From positions 2,688,001-2,752,000 of the forward strand of contig CP147779.1 of the NCBI GenBank assembly GCA_037308085.1: DNA of 64,000 bases, given 5' to 3'. The notes under the pieces are model-generated. The model saw only the letters and a program-made list of their open reading frames with translations, had not been told where the DNA came from and did no database searches. This DNA comes from Promethearchaeati archaeon SRVP18_Atabeyarchaeia-1. Lineage in GTDB: Archaea > Asgardarchaeota > Atabeyarchaeia > Atabeyarchaeales > Atabeyarchaeaceae. Both the position numbers and the translations under genes were made by a program. How positions within the stretch are numbered: position 1 is the stretch's first letter; each line of letters opens with the position of its first letter. Below, piece by piece: positions 53,258 to 64,000 of this stretch.

Positions 53258-53844
53258 TTCCCCTTCCTTGGATTGAACTTGAATTCACAGCAAGGATTTC
53301 CTTGAGCAACGCAAGAGATCTCATCGGCTTCAAATGGCTGTCCCCAGGCTTCTTCAGCCGCCCCACTGATCATGCCAGCCATGTTGACGTGAACCGCACC
53401 GACTTTTCCCATCGATGGCAGAGTGTCGCCGTAGTCTTCCCATTTTGCCGATCCTGCCAGCGTCCCCACGTCGAGTTTAAGTTCTTTTAACTTTCCCCAG
53501 CCCACGGCGGAGATGAGCCAGAAGTAGAACGCGAAAGCCAAATCCCCTTCCTTTAGCCCGAACATCTTCTTTCCAATTTGAACCATGTGTTTTCCCGGTA
53601 TGATGTGCGCCTCTTTTATGATCCTGTTGGAAACGTGTTCCCCCAAGATGTCGCTGAAGCTTTTCAAGAAGTACGAGACGAACGAGGAATCGACGAAAGC
53701 TATGCGCAGACCAGTTAGGCCATCCACCAACTTGCCGGGAGCTGGATTAACAACTATCGTCTTCAGCATCTCGAAAGACTCGTGAACGGTCTTCATCCCA
53801 ATCTTCTTCGCTAGACGATCAAACAAGTCGGTTGCGTAAACCAC
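53254..53844 (-). CDS. V4R domain protein
   Basis: GWG, GMISG, EISCVAQGNPCCEF. Confidence 0.85.
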   Translation of the reverse strand: MVYATDLFDRLAKKIGMKTVHESFEMLKTIVVNPAPGKLVDGLTGLRIAFVDSSFVSYFLKSFSDILGEHVSNRIIKEAHIIPGKHMVQIGKKMFGLKEGDLAFAFYFWLISAVGWGKLKELKLDVGTLAGSAKWEDYGDTLPSMGKVGAVHVNMAGMISGAAEEAWGQPFEADEISCVAQGNPCCEFKFNPRKGK

Positions 53845-54109
53845 TCGAGTTCCGCTCCATCATCTGCGCTCCGATTTCGTCTGGTTCGCTATACGGTAGC
53901 TTGCCGGTCTTTGGCACGAATAGTACCGTCTCACAAGCCCAGACTGGAGGCAGACCTTTCTGTAGCGTTATTTGCCTTCAAGTTGTTAATAAACTCGACG
54001 ATTCGCAGGGGGGCGAAATGTTCGAGCGTATCTTGAATAACGCTTAAATCAGAATCAGCGGGATTATCGTATCACGTCGAATACAGTTTAAGATCGTCTC
54101 GTTTCTAGC

Positions 54110-55297
54110 GTGGTGTCCTCCGTGAAAATCGCTATTGTAACCGACAGCTATGCGCCTTACGTTGATGGCATCGCAAGGTACCTTGACAGGATCGTGCAAG
54201 TGCTCACAGATAGAGGACACAAGGTTCTCATTCTCGGTCCAGGCTTTTCACTGCATAGGAAGTTCGAATACGACAAGCACGGGGTTGGAATAGTACGGAA
54301 CCCCACTCTAAGGATGTTAAGGTTAAATGAATACTACCCTTCGCTTCCGTCGCGAGTTTGTGCAACGATACTCAGGTGGGCTGATGTGATATTCACGCCA
54401 AGCCCAGCTCCATTGGGCATCTACTCCATATTATATGCTAGGAGAAGAAGGAAGCCCATTACTTTCTTCTGCTCGCACGATGAGAGTGTGCTGATAGGAA
54501 AAGGGGTCTGGCTTCCTCTGCCAAAAAGAGTCGTCGATGGGATTGTTCGACGCCTGTATCTAAGGTGCAACGTGATCTTCTTCGCCATCCAGAAATTCAG
54601 AGAGAAGATAACTCGGCTAAGGATACCCGAGGAGCGCTTGGTCTACAATCCATACGGCATAGAGTACGACTTCTTCTCGTCGGCAGACAAGGTAACGGGA
54701 AGGAGAGACCTCGGCATATCTCCAGATGCTAAGGTTGTGCTTTACCTGGCGCGGATGTCAGAAGAGAAGAATGCCCGCACTCTAATCAAGACGATTCCAG
54801 AAGTCTCCAAGCATTTCCACAACTTATACTACGTGTTTGTCGGTCACGGACCGAAGTTTGACGAGTATAGAAAGATGGCGATTGACACCGCAAAAGGGAC
54901 ACGCGCAAAGGTGATTTTCACTGGCCAAGTCAAGTTCGAGGATCTGCCTCAGGCCTATGTTGTAGGAGATGTCTTCGTTCATCCCAGCCTCCAAGAATCG
55001 CAGTCCTTTACCGTCTTGGAAGCCATGTGCACTGGCGTCCCTATCATAACTGGTGTAGAAGTCGGCAGGTATAGCTATCTCAAAGAAGGGTACAACACTC
55101 TTTTCCTCAGGAATGTTCTGGATGACAAGGAGCTTTCAGAGAAGATCATCGAACTCCTCGGCAATGAAAACAAGCGGAGACAGATGGCACGGAACTCCGT
55201 TGCAACGGCCAGACAATTCACTTGGGACGCTCATGTCGACAAACTTGAAGAAGGATTCAAGAGGGCCATCAAGGAAATGGAAAGCAAGCAGGCCTAA
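54110..55297 (+). CDS. GT4 family glycosyltransferase
   Basis: TDSY.P.VDG, R...EKN, G.GP, PS..E......LEAM..G.P. Confidence 0.9.
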   Translation: MVSSVKIAIVTDSYAPYVDGIARYLDRIVQVLTDRGHKVLILGPGFSLHRKFEYDKHGVGIVRNPTLRMLRLNEYYPSLPSRVCATILRWADVIFTPSPAPLGIYSILYARRRRKPITFFCSHDESVLIGKGVWLPLPKRVVDGIVRRLYLRCNVIFFAIQKFREKITRLRIPEERLVYNPYGIEYDFFSSADKVTGRRDLGISPDAKVVLYLARMSEEKNARTLIKTIPEVSKHFHNLYYVFVGHGPKFDEYRKMAIDTAKGTRAKVIFTGQVKFEDLPQAYVVGDVFVHPSLQESQSFTVLEAMCTGVPIITGVEVGRYSYLKEGYNTLFLRNVLDDKELSEKIIELLGNENKRRQMARNSVATARQFTWDAHVDKLEEGFKRAIKEMESKQA

Positions 55298-55771
55298 TCG
55301 TTCCTCTTCGAAATTGTCCTTGAGCTTCTCCTTTTCTCCTTCGTATCGACCGAGTCTTTCCTGCATATGCCTCTGCTTGCGCAGAAGTCGCAGTCATACA
55401 CCAACTCGCATATCTGGCAATTAATATGTTCAAAGCAAGGCTCGGGGAGAGTGCGTTCATTTAAACTTCCCGGGAACTCCTTTCCTAAAAGCTTCGCGCA
55501 TACAAAGTTCTCGCACATTTGAATCCCCACATTACAAAATGGAGACCCCTGCATCTTAAATGCATCTCAAATGTGGCATGCCAGGCAATATGCGCCACAT
55601 ATTGCCCGTTGAGCTATCTCTTTCCCAAGGATTAGCGCTCTGAGGAAGCCATGATTCAGAAATACCCTTCAGAGTTAGATTAATGAGCCGTCGCAGGCTA
55701 CCGAATACACAGTGTTTCAAGTGCAGCAAATATTCCATGGATCATGAACCTCAGGAAAGCGAGGCCTAGAT

Positions 55772-56479
55772 ATGCGCGAGAAGGTCGTACAGATCAAGGA
55801 TAGGCATGAAGTTGTCTACTCTGATGAGGACTGGATTCTGCTCAAGAAGATCCGACAGGAAGCCTCCAACCTGATGAGGATACTCGGGCTGAACGGCATC
55901 CCGTCAACTGTGCACGGAAGTGTCGCGCGCGGAGATGTCTCTCCAACAAGCGATATCGACATATTCATTCCAATGCAGGTCTCCTCCTTCAAGGTAGAGC
56001 TAGCGCTGCGATCTTCTAATATTGACTTCATTTCTCGAAGAATAGAGCTGGCCACGCCTCAGCACGCGATAAAGGCGCATATTGATACCGATGTGAATCG
56101 CACGATAACGTTTCCGCTAGTGAATCCCAAGCGACGCGAGTGGGAGTTCTATAGGTTTGGTGGGGTAATCGAGCTCCACGAACTTATGAAGGACAAGAGG
56201 GTCCTGGGCGTCGACAAGAGGCTACTTCTAATTGAGCCAGAGCCTAATGGGCACTATGAGAGCTCCATAATTGGCAGAGAGAGATCTGTGGCTAAGCTAC
56301 TCAGCGTAAGCCTAGATCTTGTCGAGGAGCGTGTAAGGGTGCTAAGGAGGAGAGACTCAATAGGAAGAACTGGTGTGTACCTCAGGCGAGATCTGTCTCC
56401 TGATGAGAGTTTTGAAGAGGTTCTGAAGAAGATTAGTGAAAAGGATCCAATAATCAGAAGAAGACTACTCGAAGGTTAA
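55772..56479 (+). CDS. Archaeal nucleotidyltransferase (COG2413-like)
   Basis: HGSVARGDV...SDIDI, EFY.FGG, GVDKRL, RTGV. Confidence 0.85.
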   Translation: MREKVVQIKDRHEVVYSDEDWILLKKIRQEASNLMRILGLNGIPSTVHGSVARGDVSPTSDIDIFIPMQVSSFKVELALRSSNIDFISRRIELATPQHAIKAHIDTDVNRTITFPLVNPKRREWEFYRFGGVIELHELMKDKRVLGVDKRLLLIEPEPNGHYESSIIGRERSVAKLLSVSLDLVEERVRVLRRRDSIGRTGVYLRRDLSPDESFEEVLKKISEKDPIIRRRLLEG

Positions 56480-56687
56480 GGCTGGGTTGCGATTCTATTT
56501 ATCCCCTGGAATTCATATCAACTCGAGATAACAAGGCTTAAGTATTGTGTGACAGCAATAGATATCGCTGTAAGGTTATCTGCTGAAGAACCATGCATAA
56601 AGCAAAGCTACCTCAATATTACCAACCAGAAAGCAAATTGGTTCTGGCAAAGCTGGAAATCTGGATGTACTCATCGGAGAGTAATCC

Positions 56688-59111
56688 TTGATGACAGATC
56701 TAACGTTACTTTACGTTTTCGGTCCCGCCGTACTGATATCATTGTTCTTCTTGCTCTGGATCCGATCTCGGATCTATAAAGGAATTGCAAGAACGCTCCT
56801 GTTGGTAGTTTGGGTCAATGCATTCATGGTTTTGCTGTGGCTGGTCACAAGCGGTGAGCTAGCTTGGTCCGGAAGCGCGCAGGGAGTTAATGAAGGAATC
56901 CTCCTGGCGCAACTATCATTATCAGCATTTCAATCCGGTGCCTACGTACTTGAGCAGCTACTGCTCTGGGGCTTCGTCGCCTTCTTTGCCGTAATCATTG
57001 GATCAATATATCTTCTAATAACATGCATGCGCAAGAAGGGCGGCTCCCTCGCAGAAAAAATGAGCCAAGTAAGCTTCAAGGGATCGGTCCAAAACCCGTT
57101 AACTAGTGGCTTTGACATCATGGGTCTTCAGAGCTACCTGATCATTGGACTTGCGACAATGCCTTCGATGATCTCAATCCTGATGGGCATGGACATAGCC
57201 CAGGCAAATGGCAGTCTCTCCCTTTTCTCCTACAGCGTTGTGTACTACGTTCTTCTCTTCTACAGATTCTCACTAATGGCGTATACTAGGATTGCGAAGA
57301 GAGCTGATCTCCACTACGGGAAGGAGGATCTTGGACAGAAGTACCAGCAGAGGATATTCGGACGGTTCACAGTGCTAAACCTGCTGCTATCAGTAGTTCT
57401 CCTGGGGTATTCCGTAATCACCGCCCCAGGTGCACTCGGTTATCTTGCAGGCGATCTCGTTGTTGAGCTGAGATCACTACTAGTCGCCATCTTGGTCTTG
57501 CCCTTTGTTGAAGGATTTGCCACGTTCTTCTTCATGCGGTTCTGGCATTTCTGGTCCAAGCTTGGAACTAGAGTGCGTAGCATCAAGTGGAAGTCAGCAC
57601 TATACTCGTTGACACGGGGGATCTTAGTCGGCGGTGCGTGTTTCGTTCTCTTTTATTCAATTCTATCCTTTGTGACGGCCGCAACAACCTTCTTCAACGG
57701 GCTCAGTAGCACCCCAGTCTTCAACAACCAGATCGGAGCCGTGGACATATACAGCTTCATACAGGGCTTAGGATCAACCCTTGGAACACGCTATGACGTC
57801 CTCGTCTTACCAGCATTGTGGGGACTGATAGGCGTTTTCCTATTTCAATTCATCAAGGTCCTTATCGGCGGATCCCTAACTCACCGAAAGGACACTGCGC
57901 CAGAGTACAGCATAGTTGTCGCTGGGATTACGATAGCAGTACTCATCTGGGTGATTATGCCTGCCACGAACTTCCTGCTGGGTGCCTTTCCTGCCAGTCT
58001 CACGACGGATGGCCAGACCTGGTCAACGCTAACAATGGCATTCGTTCCACAACCCTTGCAGCAAGAATTCTTCACAATCTACTACGTCGTGCCAGCGCCT
58101 TCCGTCTTGCTCTATGCGGTATTCTTGGATTTCCCAATCTGGATTTTTGGATCCCTGCTGCTAACGTATTTCTTCGTGTTCCGAAGACCACTAGTCCCCC
58201 AGAAGAAAGAAGAGGTTGACGTCTTCATATCGTCAGACTTCTTCAAGCTTTTCATATCCTTCTGTGCGGTCGCGGTTGCTTCAGTCGCCTCTCTCATGGC
58301 GATAAGTTCAGTGACGCCTTTCGGAGATGCGGTGCATGCGCTTCTGAGCAAGCTCTGGTTCCCGAATGCTAGAGACCTCTGGCTCTTCCAGACGGTCGGA
58401 TCATCCTGGATCTTCTTCCATAATGTGATCCGATTTCTGCTCACTGTATTTACGCCGCTAGTACTCTGGATCAGTTTGACGGGTATCTGGAAGTGGTTAC
58501 GGAATGAGAAAGTCGAGGGTAAGCCCTGGTATCTCTTGGCGATTGCCCTGTTTGTGCTTGAGGGCGTCTTCTTCGTTGACAGATTCACGTACATTGCGGT
58601 CATAGCGATTCCTCTGGTCTTTGCAGCTATCTACCGTGGATTCTACCGCCTAGTGAAAAGGACTTCACCTAAGACAAGGTTCAGGACAACTTTTCTGAAG
58701 ATATCATTCTACTCGTTGATTCTCTGCGAGATCTACTCTACTGCGATAGCTTTTGCTGACAGGTACATGTTTCCTATTCCCCCCGCAACCCAAAGCTTTG
58801 CTGCCGGAGGCAACCTGGGACTACTGTTCTACCTATTGATCCTCGTACCCCATGGTCTGATTGAAATACCTGCTATCATGCTTGCTGGGATGATCGGACT
58901 CTACATTGCGCGGCGGATGACACCTGTGATCGACGCAGACGAGAAAAAACTAGGGAAGTTCATGACCGAAGGGAAGAACCTTCTCTTCTCCAAGAAGATC
59001 TGGTACCCCATATTGTTTGTGACAATATTCTTCGCTGTCGCCGCAGTCATTGAAATCTACGTATCTTATGGTCCAATGGAGCAGCTGGCAAATATGTTCG
59101 GATTCGCGTAA
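56688..59111 (+). CDS. Large polytopic membrane protein with a C-terminal SpoIIM-like domain
   Basis: Many transmembrane helices; PHGLIEIPA and AAVIE motifs. Confidence 0.7.
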   Translation: MMTDLTLLYVFGPAVLISLFFLLWIRSRIYKGIARTLLLVVWVNAFMVLLWLVTSGELAWSGSAQGVNEGILLAQLSLSAFQSGAYVLEQLLLWGFVAFFAVIIGSIYLLITCMRKKGGSLAEKMSQVSFKGSVQNPLTSGFDIMGLQSYLIIGLATMPSMISILMGMDIAQANGSLSLFSYSVVYYVLLFYRFSLMAYTRIAKRADLHYGKEDLGQKYQQRIFGRFTVLNLLLSVVLLGYSVITAPGALGYLAGDLVVELRSLLVAILVLPFVEGFATFFFMRFWHFWSKLGTRVRSIKWKSALYSLTRGILVGGACFVLFYSILSFVTAATTFFNGLSSTPVFNNQIGAVDIYSFIQGLGSTLGTRYDVLVLPALWGLIGVFLFQFIKVLIGGSLTHRKDTAPEYSIVVAGITIAVLIWVIMPATNFLLGAFPASLTTDGQTWSTLTMAFVPQPLQQEFFTIYYVVPAPSVLLYAVFLDFPIWIFGSLLLTYFFVFRRPLVPQKKEEVDVFISSDFFKLFISFCAVAVASVASLMAISSVTPFGDAVHALLSKLWFPNARDLWLFQTVGSSWIFFHNVIRFLLTVFTPLVLWISLTGIWKWLRNEKVEGKPWYLLAIALFVLEGVFFVDRFTYIAVIAIPLVFAAIYRGFYRLVKRTSPKTRFRTTFLKISFYSLILCEIYSTAIAFADRYMFPIPPATQSFAAGGNLGLLFYLLILVPHGLIEIPAIMLAGMIGLYIARRMTPVIDADEKKLGKFMTEGKNLLFSKKIWYPILFVTIFFAVAAVIEIYVSYGPMEQLANMFGFA

Positions 59112-59433
59112 AACACCAACACCTTTCTCTTTTTTTGCTTTCTCAGGCACCCATACATAATAGCGCGAGCGAAATCAGTGGACGACAGAAAGAGGTAAAG
59201 CTATTAATGTGTCCATTGTCGGAATCTCATGTTATCTCGGGCTACGACGCCGTCTTTGTGCTATTGTGATTATACTCTGAAGAACTGTTTGCCCGGAAGT
59301 GTTACGCATAACACTTATTTAACGGCAGAGTTCATTATATTCTGGTGCAACAGCCGTTAATCTAATCCTGCAATCTTCGCAATGAACTTGGCGCGTATGA
59401 AAAAACAACCGCAACTAAGGGGATGATGGATAA

Positions 59434-59769
59434 ATGATAAGCACGGTGACGACTGAATCTTGGGAGCAATTCTTCGCTGTGGAACTTGACAGGCTAAGAA
59501 GATTCTATTCCATAGAACTGGGGAAGCAGGATTACAATGAGATCGAAGAATGGCTAAAAGATCGACTTGGGCTGCGCTCAGGCGCCATGATTTCTGAACA
59601 GCTTAGGACTCTGCCGGAGTGCGACGTTCGACAGCTAAGGTATGAATTCATTCAGCTTGTGAAGAGAAACAGAAGATTCAGGAAGCCCACGGCACACGGC
59701 AGAACGTTGCCTGAGGGAACAGCAGATGCGCTTGGCGAGAGAGAAGAACGAGATAGCAGAACTGAATGA
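59434..59769 (+). CDS. Hypothetical protein
   Basis: 111-aa ORF with normal composition. Confidence 0.5.
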   Translation: MISTVTTESWEQFFAVELDRLRRFYSIELGKQDYNEIEEWLKDRLGLRSGAMISEQLRTLPECDVRQLRYEFIQLVKRNRRFRKPTAHGRTLPEGTADALGEREERDSRTE

Positions 59770-59840
59770 AAAAGCGAAAACAAGGTAGACAAGAAGCAAT
59801 CCTGTCCAGCTTGTCCTTCTATTTTCTATGTGCCCTGAGT

Positions 59841-60992
59841 CTATTTTGACCAGAGCTTCGGTATCATCTCAAGTATCCTAGATCTAAGGAGGGGTATTCC
59901 TCGCTCAGCTCTGGCATGAGCCACAGGTTCACAGAATTGCACCTCGGTAGCCCCTGTGTCCGTGAATATCGGTTGAAACTTCCAGAGTTTTATCTTCTTT
60001 GCATTCTTGGACATCATGTTTGGCAATAGGTGGAAGGATAGAGCGGCGTACTGTTTTCCAAACCACGAAAGCTCCGTCTCCATCCTGCAGGTCCATAGAA
60101 GCGCTCCTTCCTTACCCCAGATTGACGGAGGACCATTGACTGGAGGAGTCTTCAGCGGTATCTCTATCGATTCGCCTGGATCAATTTTCCCGCTCTCTTT
60201 GAGTATGAAGCCGGCAGAGAAGACTCTATCGCCGATCGAGGGGCTTGCGTTCCAGCATTCTACGACTCCCCTGAAGCCGTTCACTTTGCCGGGTTTGGGG
60301 GTGGGGTTCCAGACCTTCAGCAACAAGTCAAGCCCTTCGCCTTGCTTGGCGTATCTTGAGGGGGCCTTGAGTTCTCCTACCTGAGTAAACTTCGCGACAA
60401 CAGATTCCCCAGTCGACACCTCTGCTGGAGCATAACTGATGGTAATCGGTTTGGACACACGTTCATACGAGGAGTCTTTGCCCAACGAGAAGCTATAAAC
60501 GAAACCATTGCCTAACTGGGAAGCTTCAATCAGCTTAGCTTTGTCATCTTCCGCGAGCCCCATGTCCTCCCGGACGCTCTCAGGCATCTTCTCCATCAGC
60601 CAGGCCATCTCGCCAGATTCTCTGACGGGTTTTGAGAACACTGCGAAAATGTTCCATCCCCATGAGAGATCCACTCGCCCCTGTTTTCCCTTGGAGGCGA
60701 ATGACGGCGGATAGGCAACGAGTTGCTCAGGATCTTTCGGTGTCTGGAATACAATGTCGAAATAGCTCTTCTTAGCCAGTGGCTTGTTTTCAACCAGGGT
60801 GGCCCCCCAGTCATAGATGATGCGTTGTTGAACCTGCTTCTTACCATTCGCCAATACTGTGCTGTTCTCGACGCAAACTAAAGAGACTCTTAGATGCCCA
60901 GACTTCTTGAGGTCAGTGTCGACGGCGACTCTGCACCTTATGGGCTCACCCATATTGTAGTCATCCTTTTCAGTGAAGATCTTAATGCCCAA
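59841..60992 (-). CDS. Hypothetical protein, possibly arrestin-like beta-sandwich
   Basis: Y..GE.I...V.V and L.V.L...E N-terminus, two PPS motifs each followed by W. Confidence 0.5.
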   Translation of the reverse strand: MGIKIFTEKDDYNMGEPIRCRVAVDTDLKKSGHLRVSLVCVENSTVLANGKKQVQQRIIYDWGATLVENKPLAKKSYFDIVFQTPKDPEQLVAYPPSFASKGKQGRVDLSWGWNIFAVFSKPVRESGEMAWLMEKMPESVREDMGLAEDDKAKLIEASQLGNGFVYSFSLGKDSSYERVSKPITISYAPAEVSTGESVVAKFTQVGELKAPSRYAKQGEGLDLLLKVWNPTPKPGKVNGFRGVVECWNASPSIGDRVFSAGFILKESGKIDPGESIEIPLKTPPVNGPPSIWGKEGALLWTCRMETELSWFGKQYAALSFHLLPNMMSKNAKKIKLWKFQPIFTDTGATEVQFCEPVAHARAERGIPLLRSRILEMIPKLWSK

Positions 60993-61115
60993 ATTTCAAC
61001 AACTCCTGCGGACTCCGCAAAATCATGTCACAGGGGCGGAGACTTTGGCTCCAATGAAGCAGAGGCGTATCATGTCTATTAATAAGTTATGCCTTTATGG
61101 CGGGTCTGCTCGATA

Positions 61116-61517
61116 TCACTTGAGAAGTTCGAGAATATCTGAAGGGATCTCAACTGCGCGAAAGCCTTCGTCAACGGCGACCACCTTGACTCTACCGTTA
61201 GCCGACACCCTGCCAGTAGTCTTGTTGAAGACCGAAAAAGCGTAGGTTATACTACTCTTTCCTACGGCGGCGATGTTCAATTCTACTTCAAGTAGATCAT
61301 CGAACTTGGCAGGGGATGAATACTGGCAGTATGCCTCCACTCGAGGCAGACTGAATCTCTTGCTTTGCGAGGCCCTTGTCAAGTCTAGCTTGAGGACGTC
61401 CCGTAGCAGTTTCTGTTCAGCAATCTCGAAGTACACGAAGAAGTTCGTGAAATGTACAATGCCTGCGGAGTCGGTTTCTCTCCACCTTACTCTAATTTCC
61501 TCTTTGATTGGTTTCAA
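61116..61517 (-). CDS. Acyl-CoA thioesterase (4HBT/YbgC family)
   Basis: VRW.ETD.AGIVHF.N...YFE, Y.SPA.FDD. Confidence 0.9.
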   Translation of the reverse strand: MKPIKEEIRVRWRETDSAGIVHFTNFFVYFEIAEQKLLRDVLKLDLTRASQSKRFSLPRVEAYCQYSSPAKFDDLLEVELNIAAVGKSSITYAFSVFNKTTGRVSANGRVKVVAVDEGFRAVEIPSDILELLK

Positions 61518-61799
61518 GAGACTTCACCAGTCCGATTGTGATGAGCGGAATCCAATTTGACGAGAAAACCGCGTCTGCATTTCTGAGAATGAGATCTCTT
61601 CACTGTTGCGGAGTTACTGCGATCTCCACAATGGAGCGGTGTAGATTTAAAAAGCTTTATGAACATAGGAATAGAATTAACTATTTAGGTAGCAAACGAT
61701 CCTTTGACGGACGTATCTGCGTTCGTCCCGTTCGAGGGATGCTGGAATCCAGAGTCTCTTGCTCTTTGGCGACGATAAAAGTGGAGGAGTCAGATAGAG

Positions 61800-62399
61800 T
61801 TGCAAGTGTTCAAAGTGATAGCTGTCGGTGATGGCTCAGTCGGCAAAACCAGCATCACAATAAGGTTCTGTGAAGGGAAGTTCTCACAGGAGTACTTGAT
61901 GACCATTGGAGCCAACTTCGGAGTCAAGCAACAGACCATCTCGTTCGGAGAAGATGCAAAGGACATCAAACTCCAGATCTGGGATACTGGAGGGCAAGAG
62001 AGGTTCAGCGCGATCCGGGAACTCTACTACAAAGGTGCTCTCGGCGCGCTCGTAGTCTTCGACGTTACAAATCGGGAGAGTTTTGAGCACGTCCCCACGT
62101 GGTTTTCCGAGGTCCGCAGGAACATCACGAACATACCGATCACGCTCATCGGCAATAAGATAGACTTGCCCAGCAGGGCCGTGACGTTAGAGGAAGGAGT
62201 AGCGATGTCAAAAAGGATGGCTACTCCATACAGGGAAACTTCTGCAAAGACCGGTGAGAGAGTGTACGAAGTCTTTTCAGAACTGTCTTACAGGATTCTG
62301 TTGTCCCTCTACGGTCCTCCAATAGTAAACGGAGAGACTATAATAGGGATACCCAAGGAGCTTCAAAGGCACTCCGCTTCGGTTGAGTCTGAAAAGTGA
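61800..62399 (+). CDS. Rab-like small GTPase
   Basis: GDGSVGKTS, TIG.NF, WDTGGQERF, YYKGA, GNKID, ETSAK. Confidence 0.93.
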   Translation: MQVFKVIAVGDGSVGKTSITIRFCEGKFSQEYLMTIGANFGVKQQTISFGEDAKDIKLQIWDTGGQERFSAIRELYYKGALGALVVFDVTNRESFEHVPTWFSEVRRNITNIPITLIGNKIDLPSRAVTLEEGVAMSKRMATPYRETSAKTGERVYEVFSELSYRILLSLYGPPIVNGETIIGIPKELQRHSASVESEK

Positions 62400-62483
62400 T
62401 GTTTTTGACGATAGATCTTGATCTGACCGCCAATGCCCTTCTTCCTTTGCCTTCTTGCTGAGCAGAACTGCTGTCTCCTCAGC

Positions 62484-63566
62484 TCATTGGCGGGACTCGG
62501 ATTCGTTCAGGATTCGGCTTATTGCATCCAAGGGGCTTTCCATATCTCGCGTGAGCTCTTTCGCATTCACCCGGTATTTGTCCGGTTCGCGTAGTACAGC
62601 CAGAGCATGGCTTGTGACTTCATCCATATTCCTCGAGTAGAAAATTGGAAATCCTTTTGCTGTCAAGTACTTCTCGACATCCATCTCCATTGGGAAATGA
62701 GATATGCTTGGAATTCCAAGAAGGGCGGATTCCCAGGTCATGGTCCCTCCGCCACTGACAGTCAGTGTTGAGTAAGCGAGTAGGCTCGGTCCATCTATCG
62801 CATGGCGTGGCACGACCACTTTTCCGTGGAACTCCTTTGTGATGGCTGCGCGCTGATCATCATACCGTGGCATCACAACAATTTGTGCGTTACGAAACTC
62901 TTTGAGAATCCTTTTCACTAGGGTAGCTGCCTGGAAGTTCTGGGCGCTGATGCCTTTGAACTCTCTCAGATATGCTGCCTTTGCCTCTTCTGGTCTTATG
63001 ATCACTATTGGTTCTGAGGCAGATAGCCCGAGCGTCTCAAGGACAGAAGAGTCTGGCCTTAGGTTAGGTATCCACGCTACTTCGTCGACGCCATCATATT
63101 GCACAATCCCATCTCTGCCCGCTCCCAAGGCTATCAGTTTCACAGGATCTATGCAAGCTGGTGAGATAACGTACTTGGAGAATGGGAAAGTGAGTTTGCA
63201 GACAGCAGTTGAGTGTGGCGTATCATTGAGACACATGGCTTTTATTCCCAGACCAAAGGCCACACGCGCAGCTTCTGGCGAACTAAAGTGCATTGAATAG
63301 TCGATCTCTCCCGCCATGGGAGAAACGTAGTCGATCAACTTCAGTATTCTCTCTGTGCTTGCCCTGAGCTTGCCCTCTAGTGTTTCCCCCCCATACTTAC
63401 CTGCAACGTAGTGAGGGATCCCCTTCAATTTCAATAGATCAACAACAACATCATGGATTCTAGTAGTGACAATTGCTTTGTGCCCTTTTGCCTCGAGACC
63501 CTTTTTTATGCTTTCGAATAGCCAAACCTGTTTTGGGGTCATTATGTCAAGCCAAAATGTCATCAT
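62484..63566 (-). CDS. DUF354 family glycosyltransferase-like protein
   Basis: W.DI.TPKQ, SPEAARVAFGLG, DTPH, RPEE..A.Y, GGGTM..E.ALLG.P. Confidence 0.88.
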   Translation of the reverse strand: MMTFWLDIMTPKQVWLFESIKKGLEAKGHKAIVTTRIHDVVVDLLKLKGIPHYVAGKYGGETLEGKLRASTERILKLIDYVSPMAGEIDYSMHFSSPEAARVAFGLGIKAMCLNDTPHSTAVCKLTFPFSKYVISPACIDPVKLIALGAGRDGIVQYDGVDEVAWIPNLRPDSSVLETLGLSASEPIVIIRPEEAKAAYLREFKGISAQNFQAATLVKRILKEFRNAQIVVMPRYDDQRAAITKEFHGKVVVPRHAIDGPSLLAYSTLTVSGGGTMTWESALLGIPSISHFPMEMDVEKYLTAKGFPIFYSRNMDEVTSHALAVLREPDKYRVNAKELTRDMESPLDAISRILNESESRQ

Positions 63567-64000
63567 GCCGCTGAGACACACCCACCCAGGTGTTCGGTGA
63601 TCAATGTTGATAACTAGTTGATAGGGATATCTCTATTAAAGCAATTGGATGCCGGTGACCGCAGAAATGAGTCTTCGGCTTGCTTACCATCGTTCTGTTC
63701 ACCCTTTTGGTGACAGCTTTGAGTTGGGGACAAGCTGGTTTCAGGTATGCGTGGAGTTAAGGCTGCTAGGTTGAGCTATCCCCTGTCTCCCGAATTACTC
63801 AAGCCCTTAGACTAGTACAACAAGAGGGTGAACGATTGCGCAGCATGAGCAGAGGTTCAGGAAGAAAGATGCACTTTCCATTCTGCGATAGTCTCGTGGC
63901 AGAAGTGAGAATACAACATTGGGTATTTCTGGCGCAGGGGTTGGGGTCAGCCTGAAGCGTAGGCGGCAAGTGAAGTGACGAAGGGAGCCTCGAAAAAGCG

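Overview
Archaeal chromosomal window, probably from an Asgard archaeon (inferred from a Rab-like GTPase, an arrestin-like protein, several V4R-type proteins, archaeal por/ppdK genes and oligo-T terminators). The right part (~27-64 kb) is mostly housekeeping: SIS/GlmS, ArgE/DapE, HtrA, an intein-containing IscU, ThiF, UbiX, LeuC/LeuD-like, PpdK, PorGDAB, GT4 and a Rab-like GTPase. The main discovery lies at 12.5-27 kb. A form IV RuBisCO-like protein (RLP) gene (25664->24295, minus strand) looks frameshifted in the ORF track. It is in fact interrupted by two micro-insertions (22 and 28 nt) that fold as bulge-helix-bulge (BHB) introns, and removing them at the canonical cut sites restores a 439-aa frame. 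Downstream of the gene are nine diverged, same-orientation copies of its own 3' end (about 35-157 bp, most with stop codon and terminator). These copies separate cargo blocks that include three MNT-HEPN toxin-antitoxin pairs, which gives an integron-like array with no integrase in the window. All copies begin downstream of intron 2. A strong G+T/A+C strand skew also flips at the intron region. Together these suggest a break- or homing-driven gene-accretion hotspot centred on the introns (inference).
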